A stretch of DNA of 64,000 nucleotides from Candidatus Woesearchaeota archaeon (GTDB lineage Archaea; Nanobdellota; Nanobdellia; Woesearchaeales; JAIPIC01), in the NCBI GenBank assembly GCA_021734865.1, contig JAIPIC010000001.1:4166-68165 (forward strand). Reading direction: 5' to 3'. A program made the position numbers and the translations under genes. Positions 20,201 through 35,200 of this stretch are shown here, piece by piece. The notes beneath the pieces were generated by a model that did not search any database, had not been told where the DNA came from, and saw only the letters and a program-made list of their open reading frames with translations. How positions within the stretch are numbered: the first letter of the stretch is position 1; the number at the start of each line of letters is the position of its first letter.

Positions 20201-23200
20201 GGACGGAGAATTGTATAATTCAAGTATTGTCAATTCATCAGGAATGGCAGGGAACATTTCTATTGATGATAACCTCAGCCTAGGCAACCACACATTTAGT
20301 GCAGTATTATCTAAAGATTATAGATATTTACTCAACTACAGCCGCAACATTCTCATATATGGGACTCTCAACATTACAGTTCTTTCGCCTGCAAATGGAT
20401 CAATAATGGCACAATCAGGAGAGAATGCCACAAGAGTGCTTAGGATTAGGGTCCAGAACATGCTTGGTGATAACATTACAGGCGCAAATGTAACATTCCA
20501 CACTGCTCCAGGCGAATGTGTAGGTGGTGTTCAGGAAGAAGCAGATGGGTTTTACAATTGTACCTTTGATCCTGATACTATTACACCAGGAAATTACACT
20601 TGGAACACTACTGTATTGAAAGAGTTTTATAATGACACAGTGTCAGACTCCAACCTTATTACTATTCTTGGAGGTAATATGAGTGCAAATGTGAATGTTA
20701 CTCCGGAATCACCTGGTCCGATATTCAGGAGTAATGAGAACTCAGAAAACATCACATTATCATACAATTTTACTAATATTACGTCAGCAGGCGATAATCT
20801 TACGGATGTCACTTACAATGTCACTTGGGATGGAGTAACTCTCCTAAGTGGAACCTGTGGTAGTGAAGGAATAAATGGTACTTACGATGTAGATTATGAT
20901 GAAGCTCTTGGTTCCCATACGTTCAAGATAGTACTTACTAAATCCAATTATGAGAACTTCACTTATTCACGAACTTATGATGTGTTTGGTAATATGTTCA
21001 TAAGTTTTGTTGGTCCAGCAAACGGGACAACAGTTAATGCAACTGGGGATGATACAGAGGTACTTATTGTCAATTTGACGAATGACCTAAATGAAACGAT
21101 GGATGGTTCGACCATTGTCTTCAATACTCCAGCTGGTATATGCCTTTACAATACACAGAATCCAGGTGATGGTTATTATAATTGCACTTATGATCCTAAT
21201 AATGTTATTGTACCAAGCAATTACACGTGGAATGCCACTGCGTCTGAATCTTATTATAGATCTGTAACTTCATCCAATAATGTTGTGACTATCATGTCCT
21301 TCATATCAAGCAATGTTGCAACCCTTCCTGTAGAATTTGATGAAGTGCATAGGTACAATGGTTCCGACTGGAGGAAGACCGTCGATTATAATGTTACCAA
21401 TATAATCAATAACATGGGTGCTGTTGATGTCAATTATTCTGTCATGTGGAATGGAACAATAATTGACTCTGGTAATACAACAGGGTATGGATTCAATTCC
21501 AGTTTTGATGTCGATGATGGTCTGGATACTGGCAACCAATCCCTAATACTCACTTTATCTCAGGACTTCCATCATTCTAAAACTTACAACATATCAATCA
21601 AGGTTGTTGATACGATATTCATTGACCTCTTGTCACCTGATAATGGGACTATCGTAATGCAGATTGCTCCAAATGATACTGTTGTGCTCAAGGTCAACAT
21701 CTCAGATCAGCATAATAATACTCTGGATGGTCTGAACGTTACTTTTAATCTTCCGTCAGGATCATGTATCGCTTCGGGCGATGAAGGAACAGGAGTATAC
21801 AATTGTACTTTTGATCCAGACGACATGGTTCCTGGGAATTACACTTGGAATGTGACTGTAACAGATCTGGACTATGAGACAACTAATTCATCAAGCAGAT
21901 ACTTACTTATTGGTGGTGGACAGCTAACTGCTGAGACATCCGTGACACCGGCTGCTAATAGTGTTGCATATAGGGATAATAGTTCGAATGTCAATAATGT
22001 ATCATACAGTATTTACGATATTAATACAACCTATGGAGAACTTGAAGATTACACATGCAGGATATTTTACAGTAGTATCCCTTACTCTGATTCTTTAGTA
22101 ATTTTCTTTGATTTTGATGAGAATTCCACTTATGATCTAACTGGAAGAGGCAACAATGCAACTCTTGGAAATGGTTCTGTTGAAACAATACCAGAGTATA
22201 ATATCAGTGGGAGGATTGGTGGAGCATATGATTTTGATGGTATTGACGATTACTTGAATATAAGTGACAATGATTTCCTCGACTTTGGAAATGATAGTGG
22301 TTTCTCAGTTGAGATGTGGTTAAAAGTCCATAGGAAAACTTCAGAGAACTGGTCCACAATATTTAGAAAAGGAGGATGGGGTGGTGACGGACAGAATGTA
22401 GGTTATAATATGTTCATCGAAAATGCTTCAGATAATCTTGTTTGGAGACTGAAGTTTGCTGACTCCTCTGATGCTGTAGTAATTAGTTATAATCTTTCAA
22501 GTGAGAATGTGTGGGATGACTGGATTCATGTTGTAGGCACTGTTCTTCGTGGAGAAAATATGAGCATTTATGTGAATGGTGCACTCAGAGACAGTATTGA
22601 CATCTCATCATATTCTAATATTAGCATTTCAAATAATGAGGATTTAATTATAGGTAAAGTCAGTGATTCTGCATATTATTATAACGGATCAATTGATCAA
22701 TTCAGATTATATAACAGATCACTGTCAAGTGAGGAAGTGTATCACAATTATTTAGTAGGAACCCAGATTGTAATCTTGTCCGAATCATGTGATATTAATG
22801 GTTCAAGCGGAGAATTTGACATACCGGACAATGAGACAATTGGTCAATATAATATCACAATAGATAGTTATGAGGACTTATATGATAATTTTTCATTTTC
22901 TCAGAATTACTCTGTTTACGGCAACCTTTTTGTCAACACGATAGAACCAGCAAATGGAAGCCAGGTCAGTAATACTGGTTCAAGTACAACTATTGGTCTT
23001 ATGGTCAATGTAACAGATGAATTGGGAATACTTATCAGAGATGCTTCAGTCAGATTCAATCTTCCATCTGGCTCATGTGTTGGAGCAATAATTAACAACC
23101 ATGACGGAACTTACAACTGCACTTATGATCCGGATATTGTCGTCCCCGCAAACTACTCGTGGTCTGCAAATGCATCAAGGATTTATTACAGCAGTGCTGT

Positions 23201-26200
23201 AAGTGATAATAAGACTGTCTATATTATCGGCGGATCCTTGAATGCTTCAGCGAGTGTAGTTCCTTCTGATGGATCACCTATATTCAGGAACAACCAAAGC
23301 AGTGGTTATGTTAATATTGAGTATAACTTTAGTTCTCTTTCCGCACCACATGGTGATATAGGTAGTTATGATTACAGGTTCCTTTATGAAGCAAAACCAA
23401 TAAATGACAGTCTGGTAGGATGGTGGAATTTTAATTTTGGTGCGGACGATATTTCAGGCAGGGGTAATGATGGAATGTTAGGGAATGGCACCGGAGGAAC
23501 AGAACCCACAGCGTCATCAGGAAGAATCATGAGCGGTTATCTATTCGATGGAGAAGATGATCTTATAACTGTTTCTGACAGCCCGGATTTTGGTTTTGGC
23601 GAAAATGACTTCACTATTGAAGCATGGATAAACCCTGGAGACTTCAATTATCAGGGTACTGTATATAATTCTATATTTTCAAAAGGCGTTTATACAAACG
23701 AGACTGCAATCAACCATTTTGGCCTTTTCATTAAAAATTATACAAATGAACTAGTCTTTATTGTAAATAATGATTCTGATACGGCAAGCAGTGTGAGTTC
23801 ATTATCTCAGGAATGGCATCACGTCGTTGGTGTTAGGGTGTTCGATACTATATATTTGTATATAGATGGGGTGCTGAATGATACAGCAACAGTATCTGGT
23901 TCAGTAAATAATACAGAAGCGCTTTATTTTGGAGCACATGTATCTTCCAATGGTTATTTTAATGGTTCAATTGATGAAGCAAGGATCTACAGCCGTTCCT
24001 TGTCTTCAAATGAGATAAGGCATAATTTTGAAGTGGGACAACAGACAGTCGCGTCAAGTGGAACAACTGATGGAGATGGTATCGCTGGTTCTATCGATAT
24101 ACCAGAGAATGCATCAGTCGGTCCATACATGATGACTTTCGAAACACATGATGCTGATTATGACAACTACACATATTTGCAGAATTTCACAGTTTTAGGA
24201 AACCAATATCTCACAATATCTGGTCCTGCTAACGGTACTATTGTAAATGCTTATGGTGAAGATAGTGTGTTGCTTAGGGTCAATATATCTGACGATCTTA
24301 ATGAGACTGTCCAGGGGGCAGTTGTAGATTTTATAACACCATCCGGTCTATGTATATATGGAACTGAGAATGAAAGTGGAGCTTATTACAATTGTACTTT
24401 TGAACCAAACAATGTTCTGCAGCCGAATAATTATACCTGGTATGCAAGTTCAAGCAGGTTATATTATAATAATTCAAATTCAGGATTGGGCATAATAACT
24501 GTAATGGGTTATATCAGGAGAGACTTAAGCCTTAATCCTGAACAGAATTTCGCAGTTCACAGATCAAATGGTTCTGATCAATCAATTAACATCTCATGGC
24601 AGTTATCAAATATTATTGATAATAAGGGTCCGCTAAACGCTGTCAATTATTATGTTAAGTGGAATAATAGTAATGTGTCAAATGGAACAATATCAACTTC
24701 AGGGACAAGTGGCTGGTTTGATGTTGAAGATGACCTTCCAGTAGGTCAGTATTACCTTGAAGTTGGGTTGTCCAAAACTTATCGTTATGATAATGTAACT
24801 AATTATTCATATAATGTTTATGGTGATATGAGTATAGATATTATAGCTCCAGAAAATGGAACAGTAATCACACAGACGGGTCAGAATAGTACAAGAGTCT
24901 TAATCGTCAATATTAGTGATGAATTGAATAACTCAATTATTGGGGCCAATGTCACTTTCAACTTACCATCTGGTAACTGTACAATGGGTACTGAGGAGAT
25001 GGACTCGGGGCTGTACAATTGTACTTATAATGCAGCTGATATGATTCCAGGGAATTATTCGTGGAACGTGACTGTTGAAGCAGATTATTTCAATGTAACC
25101 TCCTCAGCAGATGGACTTTTATTCATACAGGGAGGGAGCATTGATGCAAGTATCAGTCTGACACCTGATAATGGAAGTAGATTATATAGATTTGATTCAG
25201 AGTCAGAGAACACGACAATAATCTACAATCTTAGTCAGATAAATACATCAAATGGTGAACTTGATAATTATACATGTAATATATTCTTCAATGATTATTC
25301 AGGGCAGTTGACTGAATACATCTTTAATGGGACCTGCAACTCTTCCGGTTCAGCTGATTCAATAGATGTTGCAGATAATAAAAGTGTTGGCCCATCACAT
25401 AGTTTTATTATTGAGGTCTTCAAGGAAGATTATGACAATTATACTTATTATTTCAATTACACAGTCTATGGTACATTAAGTGCCACAACAGTTGGACCTC
25501 CTAATGGTACAATGATATTTAGATCGGGAGATAATTCCACGCAAGTTCTCAGAGTCAATGTCACAGATATGCTTGGTAATCCAATAGAAAATGCAACAGT
25601 TACATTTGTTACACCAGATGGGATCTGTATAGGAGGAGTCCAAAATGGATCAGATGGAATCTATAACTGTACATTCGATCCGGATGATATGGATCCTGCT
25701 AATTATACATGGTACGCGACAGCTACAAAAACATATTATATTAATGCACAAAGCGATAATAAGACAGTATACGTAGCTGGCGGAAGTATGACTGCCACAT
25801 TTAACTCCACTCCTATTTTTCCTGGTCCTGTATTTAGATATGATCTGGGACAGGATGTAACAAATGCTTCTGAAGAGATCGGAAGAATAAACACGTCAGA
25901 TTTAAGCATGACTCTTGATCTTGATGATGATAGTGATGCTGATGATGTGATAAGTGTTTTCAACAGCTCTGATTTGCTGGTCAATCTGACTAATGGATCT
26001 GAATACTATGTACCTTTGGGAATAAATATTTCAAATGCCAGCAGTGGTATGCAGTATATCAATCTGTCTCATTCGGATCTGGGAGGAACTGGTTATATCA
26101 AGGTTATTGGCTGGGCAGGAGAAGATGATGTAATATGGGAAAATGTCACTGTTTTTATTGTTGACAATTCAAAGATTGCAAATAATACTATTATCACGTA

Positions 26201-29200
26201 CAATATATCAGAGATTGAAGCTGCAGGAAATCCAGTTGATTCTGTTAATTACGATGTCTTCTGGGACGGAATTTCAATAGATAGTGGAACTTGTGACAGA
26301 GATGGTTTTAGTGGAGATTACAACATACCTGACGATGAGACACCTGGGACTGCTCATTACCTGACAATTAATCTTACAAAAACAGGATACGATGATTATT
26401 ACATTAATGAATCTTATACTGTTCATGGAGAAATATTCACTCATCTTGAGCAGCCAGTTAATGGTTCAATAGTCCATAGAGCAGGAACAGTAAACAGGAC
26501 AATTGTATTGCTAGTCAATCTAACACAGGACTTAAATGAATCTGTAGATGATGCTACTGTAAGTTTTAATATTCCCACGCCTGGTTCGTGTCTTTATGGG
26601 ACAGTAAACATGGGTGATGGGTTATATAATTGTACTTATGAACCTCATGCTTCACTTTCAATGAACAACTATTCCTGGAATGTTTCCATCACCAAGGATT
26701 ATTATCAGAAGAATAATGTCAATGGAATTATCACAGTCAAGGACTGGATGAAAATTGTGTACATGAACAATAGTGTCAATTTTAGCAGAAGAGACAATAT
26801 ATCTTTATCAGCAAGAATGCAGGATCTGAGTGCAAACAATCTCTCACTTTCAGGCTTCAGCTGTGACTGGTATGTAAATGACATATACATAAACACAAGC
26901 AATACTACTGAAGCAGGTTTATGTAATCTAAATTACAGTATCAACTGTTCTAATTCAGTTGGACAATACAATGTGTTTGTCAATTTCAGCGGTTCCTATG
27001 ATGCATATACAATTTATCAGAATTGGAGCACTGGAACTTTCAATCTTAGGGATGTTGTCACAATCAACATTACTAATCCGAATACTACAACAACTTATGA
27101 CCCTGGTGATCAGGTCAGTCTGAATGCGACTATTAATGACAGCTGCGGATATGATCCAGATACAGGGTATTCTGTAACCTGGTACTACAGTAAAGCTGGA
27201 TCAGCTTGGTCTATCATATCAACCAATCAGCATGATGTATGGAATATTCCTGGAGACGATTACGGGTTACTGAATGTTACAGCAGAGGTCAGCCATGCAT
27301 ATTATGATAATATCAATGATTCCAATATTATCACTGTACAGGATGTATTGAACGCGGAACTAGTATCACATCAGACTCAGTTCAACCGAACAGATGCTGT
27401 ATTAGCAGGAGAAACCTTCACTTTGATAGGGCGGCTTGTTACTGGAAATGGCATTGCTCTTAATGATTCTGATTATGTTGGAAATTGGTCAAATTATACA
27501 TGCAACTGGTTCATAGATGGGTGGGGAAATATGTCCAATTTTACTATGAATCTGATTAATCAGTCTCTCCAGAACTTCACGATTGATCTGGATGATGATA
27601 CCTATGCTAATGATACTGTATATGTTTATAATGATACACATATCCTTATCAATCTTTCAGATGGGTCCGATTATTTCATTGATCTTGGAGCTGATATTTC
27701 AGAAGCCAACGTTACCAAAGTTGAACTGAACGTGATCAGGGCGCCAATCGGCCCTTATGCAAATATTTCAATTGTTGGAAATACCAGCATAAACTATTCT
27801 ATATCTGGTTGCAATATAACTGTATGGAGAGAAAGGAATTATACGACCTACACAGATGAAGACGGCTATTGCTATTTCAACTGGACTACAACATGTGATC
27901 AGGCACCAAAACAGTACACTGCCAATGTTCACATTGAGGGCAACTCAACCTCTGGTTATGCATTATGGGACAAAGATGGAGACGGGACTATCAGTATTGT
28001 GGATCATCTTAATTTCACAATAATGTCCCCTTTAAATAATGAGGGATTCACTTACCCAAGCGATGCCTTGTTGAATGCTTCAATCATTGACAGTTGTGGT
28101 CCAAATCCTCCTGTTAATTATACACACTATTGGAGATGGGCTGATAAAGATACTCCTCAGCAGCTGGTTGGTGATTCCAATCCTTACGTCTGGACTATTT
28201 CCTCATGGGCCAATGAAGAAGGCAACTTAACAAGTCAGATAATATATCCATATTATATTGTTAATAACCAGATGATTAATCTAACAATCTCTAAAACAAT
28301 CAAGATTTTTAATGTGTCCACTCTTGAATATCCTCCGAAGGACAGTCTTGTAAATATCACATGTAATGGTTCCATCGTTGGCATGACCAATCATTCCGGG
28401 TTTAATGTAACCTTCTTTATTGACCGGTTAGTTGAACAGTTCAGTGATAATATGAATGAAGTGAGCACTGACTGGACAAACAGGAATCTAATTAGAAGAG
28501 GCAGTTCAAGTTTAAAACAGATTATTTCTTATAAACAAATACCAGGAGACTTCTATGCAGGTAGCACTACAAACACAGTAACATCAGCCTCTGGTATCAG
28601 ATTAGAAGCTTTTGGCATATCAGACACAAATATTCTTAAAAATTTTTCGGCAGAGTCATTTTCCTCTAATGTGGGTTGGTGGTCTCATGAGATAGCCCAG
28701 CTTTTTGATAACAATACTGACTGCACATATTATGGCGGCACGTCTTGTTTATATGTTGCTAAAGGAAATGGCAGAGTCATGATTCAACTTGATTTTGATA
28801 ACACCAGCACTAGCCGGAGTCATTTCATCAGGAAGATGATGATATTTCACAGACCCATAACTGACTCAAGTTATGATACAATGAGGACAAACGGAATGGA
28901 GATAATACTTTCTCCAGATACTTATTTCAATGGTTCTGAGACAGTTGTATGGGACACATCTGAGAATGGCACCTATTATGAAACAATTTATGGACAGGAC
29001 TTCTTTTTCGGGCCGATCGATACTAGATCCATTCGTCTGTGGACAGATGGCAATACGCTGAACGGGTGGAATTTTTATGTAGAAGTTGAAGCATATGAGG
29101 AAGATAATTATTCTGATACAGGTGAATTCATTGGCCAGGTTGTGGATACTTATTCATCACCTGAATATGGTTCATTATACTGGTCAGAACTGTTTTACAG

Positions 29201-32200
29201 GGCCAACTATTCTCAATTTGCAACAAATCTTCAAGATGATATAAACAATTTGGACACAGAGAATTGGCCTCACGCCTGGGCAAGCAATTTTGAATCTGAT
29301 GCTCATAATGGCAGTGGAGTAATCAATGGCATAACTGATATGCCAACTGCTTGGCAAACTGATGAGACTGATCTATCAGATGTATATTTAGATATCAATT
29401 TTAGCCGGACAAGGCACTTATTCAAGATAGGGTTAAATCCATCCTATTATTCTACCAGTAAGAACACAGCTCAGATGGACAATTTCACAGTCGAAATAGG
29501 AGAAGATGAATATACTTTCTCTGTGGAAAATGTATCTGACTGGAACTATTATCAAATTAACCCTACCGAGACAGATTATGTGAGAATAAAGAATATTGGA
29601 AAGAATGATTCATCTATGGGAGCTGGAATCAGAGAGATCCAATTGTTTGAAAAATATGGAAACGTGAAGATGCAGGTTAGGAGTAGCAGTAGCAATGCAA
29701 CTCTGCAAACTCTTGATTTTGTAGGTCCAGATGGCACTACTGACACATATTTTACAAGACCAGGTCAGGAAATAAACGAATCTCATGACTCAGACAGATA
29801 TATCCAGACTAAAGTATACCTAAATACAACTAACACTTCATTCTCACCTATTGTATCGGATATAGAGATCAGCATGAGCAATATTACAACTGAGACGCAT
29901 AGGGGAGAAAACTGGACTAATTATATTTTCAATTTTACTCTACAATCCTATTCCAATTCATCAGCCTTTTTTAGGTACATTAATGAAACAGATTATTACA
30001 GTATCGATTTTGATTACAACAACAATGAGGTTGTGTTATACAAAACATTAGAGGGTTCAAGATCAAAACTAAATAATGCAAGTGTAACGGTTGATGATAC
30101 TTTAAGGAAGGTTTCTATCGAAGTGGATAATTCTTCTATTACAGATTTTGAGATCCAGATAACATATTCTGGTTCAGTCATAATTGAGAGCAATGATACC
30201 AGTATTAATAGAGGTAAGGTAGGATTCTTAGTCGTCAACAATACGCAGACCTCATTTGACGACATTGAGGTTACAACATTCAACAAAGAAGGTGAAATGG
30301 TTGAGACAGACTATTTTGGGAATGCTGTCTATCAATGGGATACTATTGGATACTCTGAGGGTAACCATCTAATTGAATGTAATATTACTGACGATCGTGA
30401 CAACTATTACATAGCTGATGAAAGCCAATTTTATACTAATAAGATGGTGGTTCTCCCTACAGATCTTATTCTTTCAGCGTATTATATAGCAAATGACCAA
30501 TCTGGTTATATGGATACAGACATTGTCTACCGGGATCAGAATCCACATTGGGAGGAACCTTGGAATATATCTCTTGGGGTGAATGTAAGTATTGCCGGTG
30601 CTGCTGGAATCCAACCAATTGACAATGTTACTGCACATTTCAATATTTTTGACAATAGTCTAAACCTTGTTGAGACAATCAACTGCACCACCAATATAAC
30701 CAAATATAACGAAAGGCAATATGATAATGATTATAATTGGTTTGACAATTATATTTGTGATACCCTTTTTAATCCAGGAGATAATTTTGAGGTAGGAAAA
30801 CATTTCATCATCTTAAATGCTACAAAACCTGATTCAGAAGGATGGAGTACAAATATTGTCAATGAGACAATTTACATATATGGCATGTTAAATATTACAA
30901 TAAACGAATCGTTTGAAAACAAGACCTACTATTCACATCTAAATTATACTTTCAATTATACAGTTACAGATGATAGGGGTCAATTCATTGATCATCCAAA
31001 TGTTGAAGTCAGGTTTTATCAAGAAAGAGGGGATACTGCAACATGTGTTGATGAACTGATTGGAGAAGCAAATGACAGCGGTGAAGTGGAATGGGCATTA
31101 TCAGATTGGCAGAGAGACAACAGGACATTATTCAGTGCCAGGGATTGGCATGTGTATGCCATAGCTCAAGCACTATACTATGTAGCAGACGATATCACAA
31201 CAGTATATAATGCTGAGAATAGTGATTGTGAAGACCAACGTTACAGATATCACTGGGGAAATATAAATATTACTTTGGTGCATATTGTCAATGTATCGAT
31301 AGACAAACCTACTGAATCTGTAGCACTAATGAATACTACGACAGGAATGGTCAATTTCACATGTATGCTTTTCCGGGATTTTGACAATATGAATGTCGAT
31401 GAAGGATATGATGTTTATTTTAGATGTGATAGCTGTAATCAATCTGAAAACTATAATTGGAGAAGTACACTGACCAATTATAATGGAGAGGCAAAATTTG
31501 CTTTGAATTTCTCACAAGAAATACTTGATATACCATACAACTTTACATGTCGTTTTGAAAATACAACATTCTTACAATCTGATAATGCAACCCACACCAG
31601 AACCTATATCGTTTCTGATTATATCGGTACTGGTGAAGGAACATGCTTAGATGATGGCTATTGCAATACTTCAGCCATGTTTGGAGGTGGAGGTGGAGGA
31701 GAAAACTGTCAGCTCTGTCCAAAAGAATGTGATATGGATGTATGGATGACTAATAATACAGATTATTATAAAGGTGGTTATGTCAATAACCAATATCATT
31801 TTGAACCTGCACTAAACTGGAGTACTCAAAACGAATCTGAAGATCTTGGGGAACTCAATACGAGTGATTGGGCTAACCTCACTATTGATCTTGATGATGA
31901 TGGCATTCTAAACGATAGATCACGTATTTTCAATGATACTCATTTAGTTTTAAATATGTCCAACTCATCAGTCTACTTCGTTGGTCTTGGTGTAAATGTA
32001 TCAAATGTTTCTGAGGGAACTGGTTTCACATTAATAAATGTCTCACAGGCATCAATTGGAGATATTGGTAACATTACAATTGTAGGTGAAATATTTGAAG
32101 ATAATGTGATCTGGGATAACATAACTGTGCTTGTCCAGACTGGTTCAATTATATGGACAAACCAAAATGGCATTTCAAATTCTCAAGAATATTATGGATC

Positions 32201-35200
32201 AAGAATATACCCAATATCAATAGCAAACGCATGTGGTTGTAATTATGATGGGGTATGTAATGGTGCTTACGAAACGACCACAAGCTGTCCTGAAGATTGC
32301 GAAACTGTTGATTTGAATAGAACACCAGATTTTATGAATAATCAATCAACAAAATACTTTGTGCATGTTGGCGAAAATGTTAATATCACTGTCAATGTAC
32401 GTGATCAAGATGAGAATCTTCATTATGTCTGGCTTTACAATAACATTTCTGACACCAATACGACAATGTTCCAAGAAGGTACTGGTACCTGTGAGGATTG
32501 GTGTACTTTTTATCTAAATAATGTAAACATTGGCGAAGATACATTGTTTACTTTTTATGCAAATGATACTAGTGGGAATCTTAATGGCGACACGATTGTT
32601 TCTGTAAAGATTGATGAGATCTACCCTCAGATATGGAATTTGATTCTTGAAGAGGGAGATAATGTCACAAGACACGATGCAAGTGTGAATTTCACAGTGG
32701 AAGTCAATGAACCTAATGTTCTAAATGTAACTCTAAATGGAAGTCTAATGTCAAATGCAACCGGAATATATAAAATTCAGATAGAACCATCAGCTTTAGG
32801 GTGTACTTCAGGAGAAAATAACCCCTGCACATTAATGGCAGAGGTATATGATGGTGCTTGGAACTATAATTCTACACCTTACACTTTTTACATTGATACT
32901 GTAGATCCTTTAATATGGAACTTTACCCATAGTTTCACTTATGACAATACCACAACGTCTGGTTTAATAAATCATTATTATGTGCATGCTACGGATGTAA
33001 ATATTAGAAATGTAAGCATCAATGGTACACAGATGTATCAAAATGTGAGTGATAATGAAGTCTGGTGGATCAATGAGTCTGTTATTAGTTTTGGTTGCAA
33101 TGTCAGTGGAGTAAACAACTGCACACTTGTAGCAACTGCAGAAGATTATGCTGGTAATAGTATTGATTCAGATGAGGTAATAATCTCAGTGAATAACAAC
33201 GCACCTCAAATAGTAAATTTTTCAACCAATCTTACAATAAATGTGTCAAACATGTACGATCTGATCAACTTTTCAGTATGGGCAAATGAAACAAGCCTAA
33301 AAAACGTGACAGTATCAGGGATTAATATGAGTCAGGTAGGTCAAAGTACTATATTCAACCTTGAGATTTCGCCTTATGATTTGGGTTGCACTGTGGAAGG
33401 ATTATGTACATTAACAGCCATTGCTTATGAATCAATAAATGAAAACTCCAATTCAACAGAGTTTAATTTGACTATTGATAATACTCCTCCAGCAATTACT
33501 GACTATAATGTCAATGATAGTATTGTTAAAGCAGGTATACCAATCACTATTTGGGCAAATGCAGTAGATGATTATATGGATGATTTTTGGATTCAGAACG
33601 GGACTGGTTTTGATCCGGCATCATTGGCTGAACACTCAAACTTAGGAAATGAATTATATATTGCTATTTGGAAAAACAACACAGTACCATTTGGTAACAA
33701 ATCAGCCAATACTTCCCTGTACTTTAGGACTGGAACCAATGATAGCACATATACAGTCACTGGAAGATTTAAAATTTACAATGCATATATCGATTTGTAT
33801 AATGAGATTAGCATTGATGGAGGGGATTCATATTCAAAAATAAGCAACAATGAAGTTTCCTTCAGCTCAACATTCGAATCTGGAAGTGATACTGATGGTT
33901 TTGATATCACCCTTAATGCTCATAAAAATGCTGCATTCCTTGTTAATCTGACATCGCCTAGTGGATATCATCTTGTCACGTACTTTGGTGCTGGCTCAGT
34001 AAGGAATCAGACTGTGCCCTATGCTTATGCTAATGGAATCTATGATGGCAGTTACAATGATATTATTTGTTTTGGTTCCAAATCTGAGACAAATTATTCA
34101 TGCACTTATGAAATCAGCAAGAATACCACCCTTTACTTTTATGGCAATGATTCTGCTCGGAACACTAACGACACGAATACTATCTTTGTTGAAGTTGACG
34201 ATACAGTACCAGTAATTACTTCCAACCTGATTTCTAATGCTTCAGAAAATCAGTCAACAACACTCGCGGTTCTGAATTTTAGTGTTGGTGGTGTTGACAA
34301 TAATATTTGGTATGTTTCTCTTAATGACTCTGTAAACATGACAAATACTTATGGTGATCAATTTGAAGCCATAACTACAGCTGGCAATCTTGGGTGCGGA
34401 GAGGACGGCGCTTGCATAATTGGTGCAAGATTCATTGATGAAGCTGATCATGAGAATACTTCTGAATATGTACTGATCAGTGATTTGACACCTCCTGAAG
34501 TCACAAACATGGAGGTGAACGATTCGACAATCCGATCGGGAGCTTCAGTCAATATAACTGTAAACATTACAGATTATCTTTCATTCGATGGATACGTATA
34601 TAATTCAAGCAATCAACAAGAATGCACTCTAAGTCAAATTGAAGGAGATATTTACTCTTGTGTATTTACAGTACTTGCAACTGACACTTTCTATGTCAAT
34701 GCGACTGATGCACTTGACAATACAAACGACGATGCAAATATAACAGTGTATGTTGATGAGACTCCACCAACCCCTGTTAGGGTATTCATTAATGATAGTG
34801 ATAATATAACAGGAATACTCTATGATTACAGTTTCTTGTTTGAGGTTACAGATATTGACGGAGCTGAGCCAGACTATGTTGCAGAAGCAGTTATCAATGG
34901 TACACAATTATCAAAAATATCAGACTATATCTGGGGAACAAATACTTCTCCCAGCACATTTGGTTGCTCTGCAGGCGATAATGTCACCTGTATAATCAAT
35001 GCAACTGGAACTGATTACGCACAGCTTTCCAACTATAAGACATTTGAATTCACTATTGATAGCTGGGCACCATATATTATTGATGAAAACATTAACATAA
35101 CCAGCGAAGCATACAGATCTGATAGGGATGTCTTGTTCTGGGCAAATGTGACTGACTCAAATTTGTTTAATGTATCTTTTGGTGGTAGAACAGCAACTGA

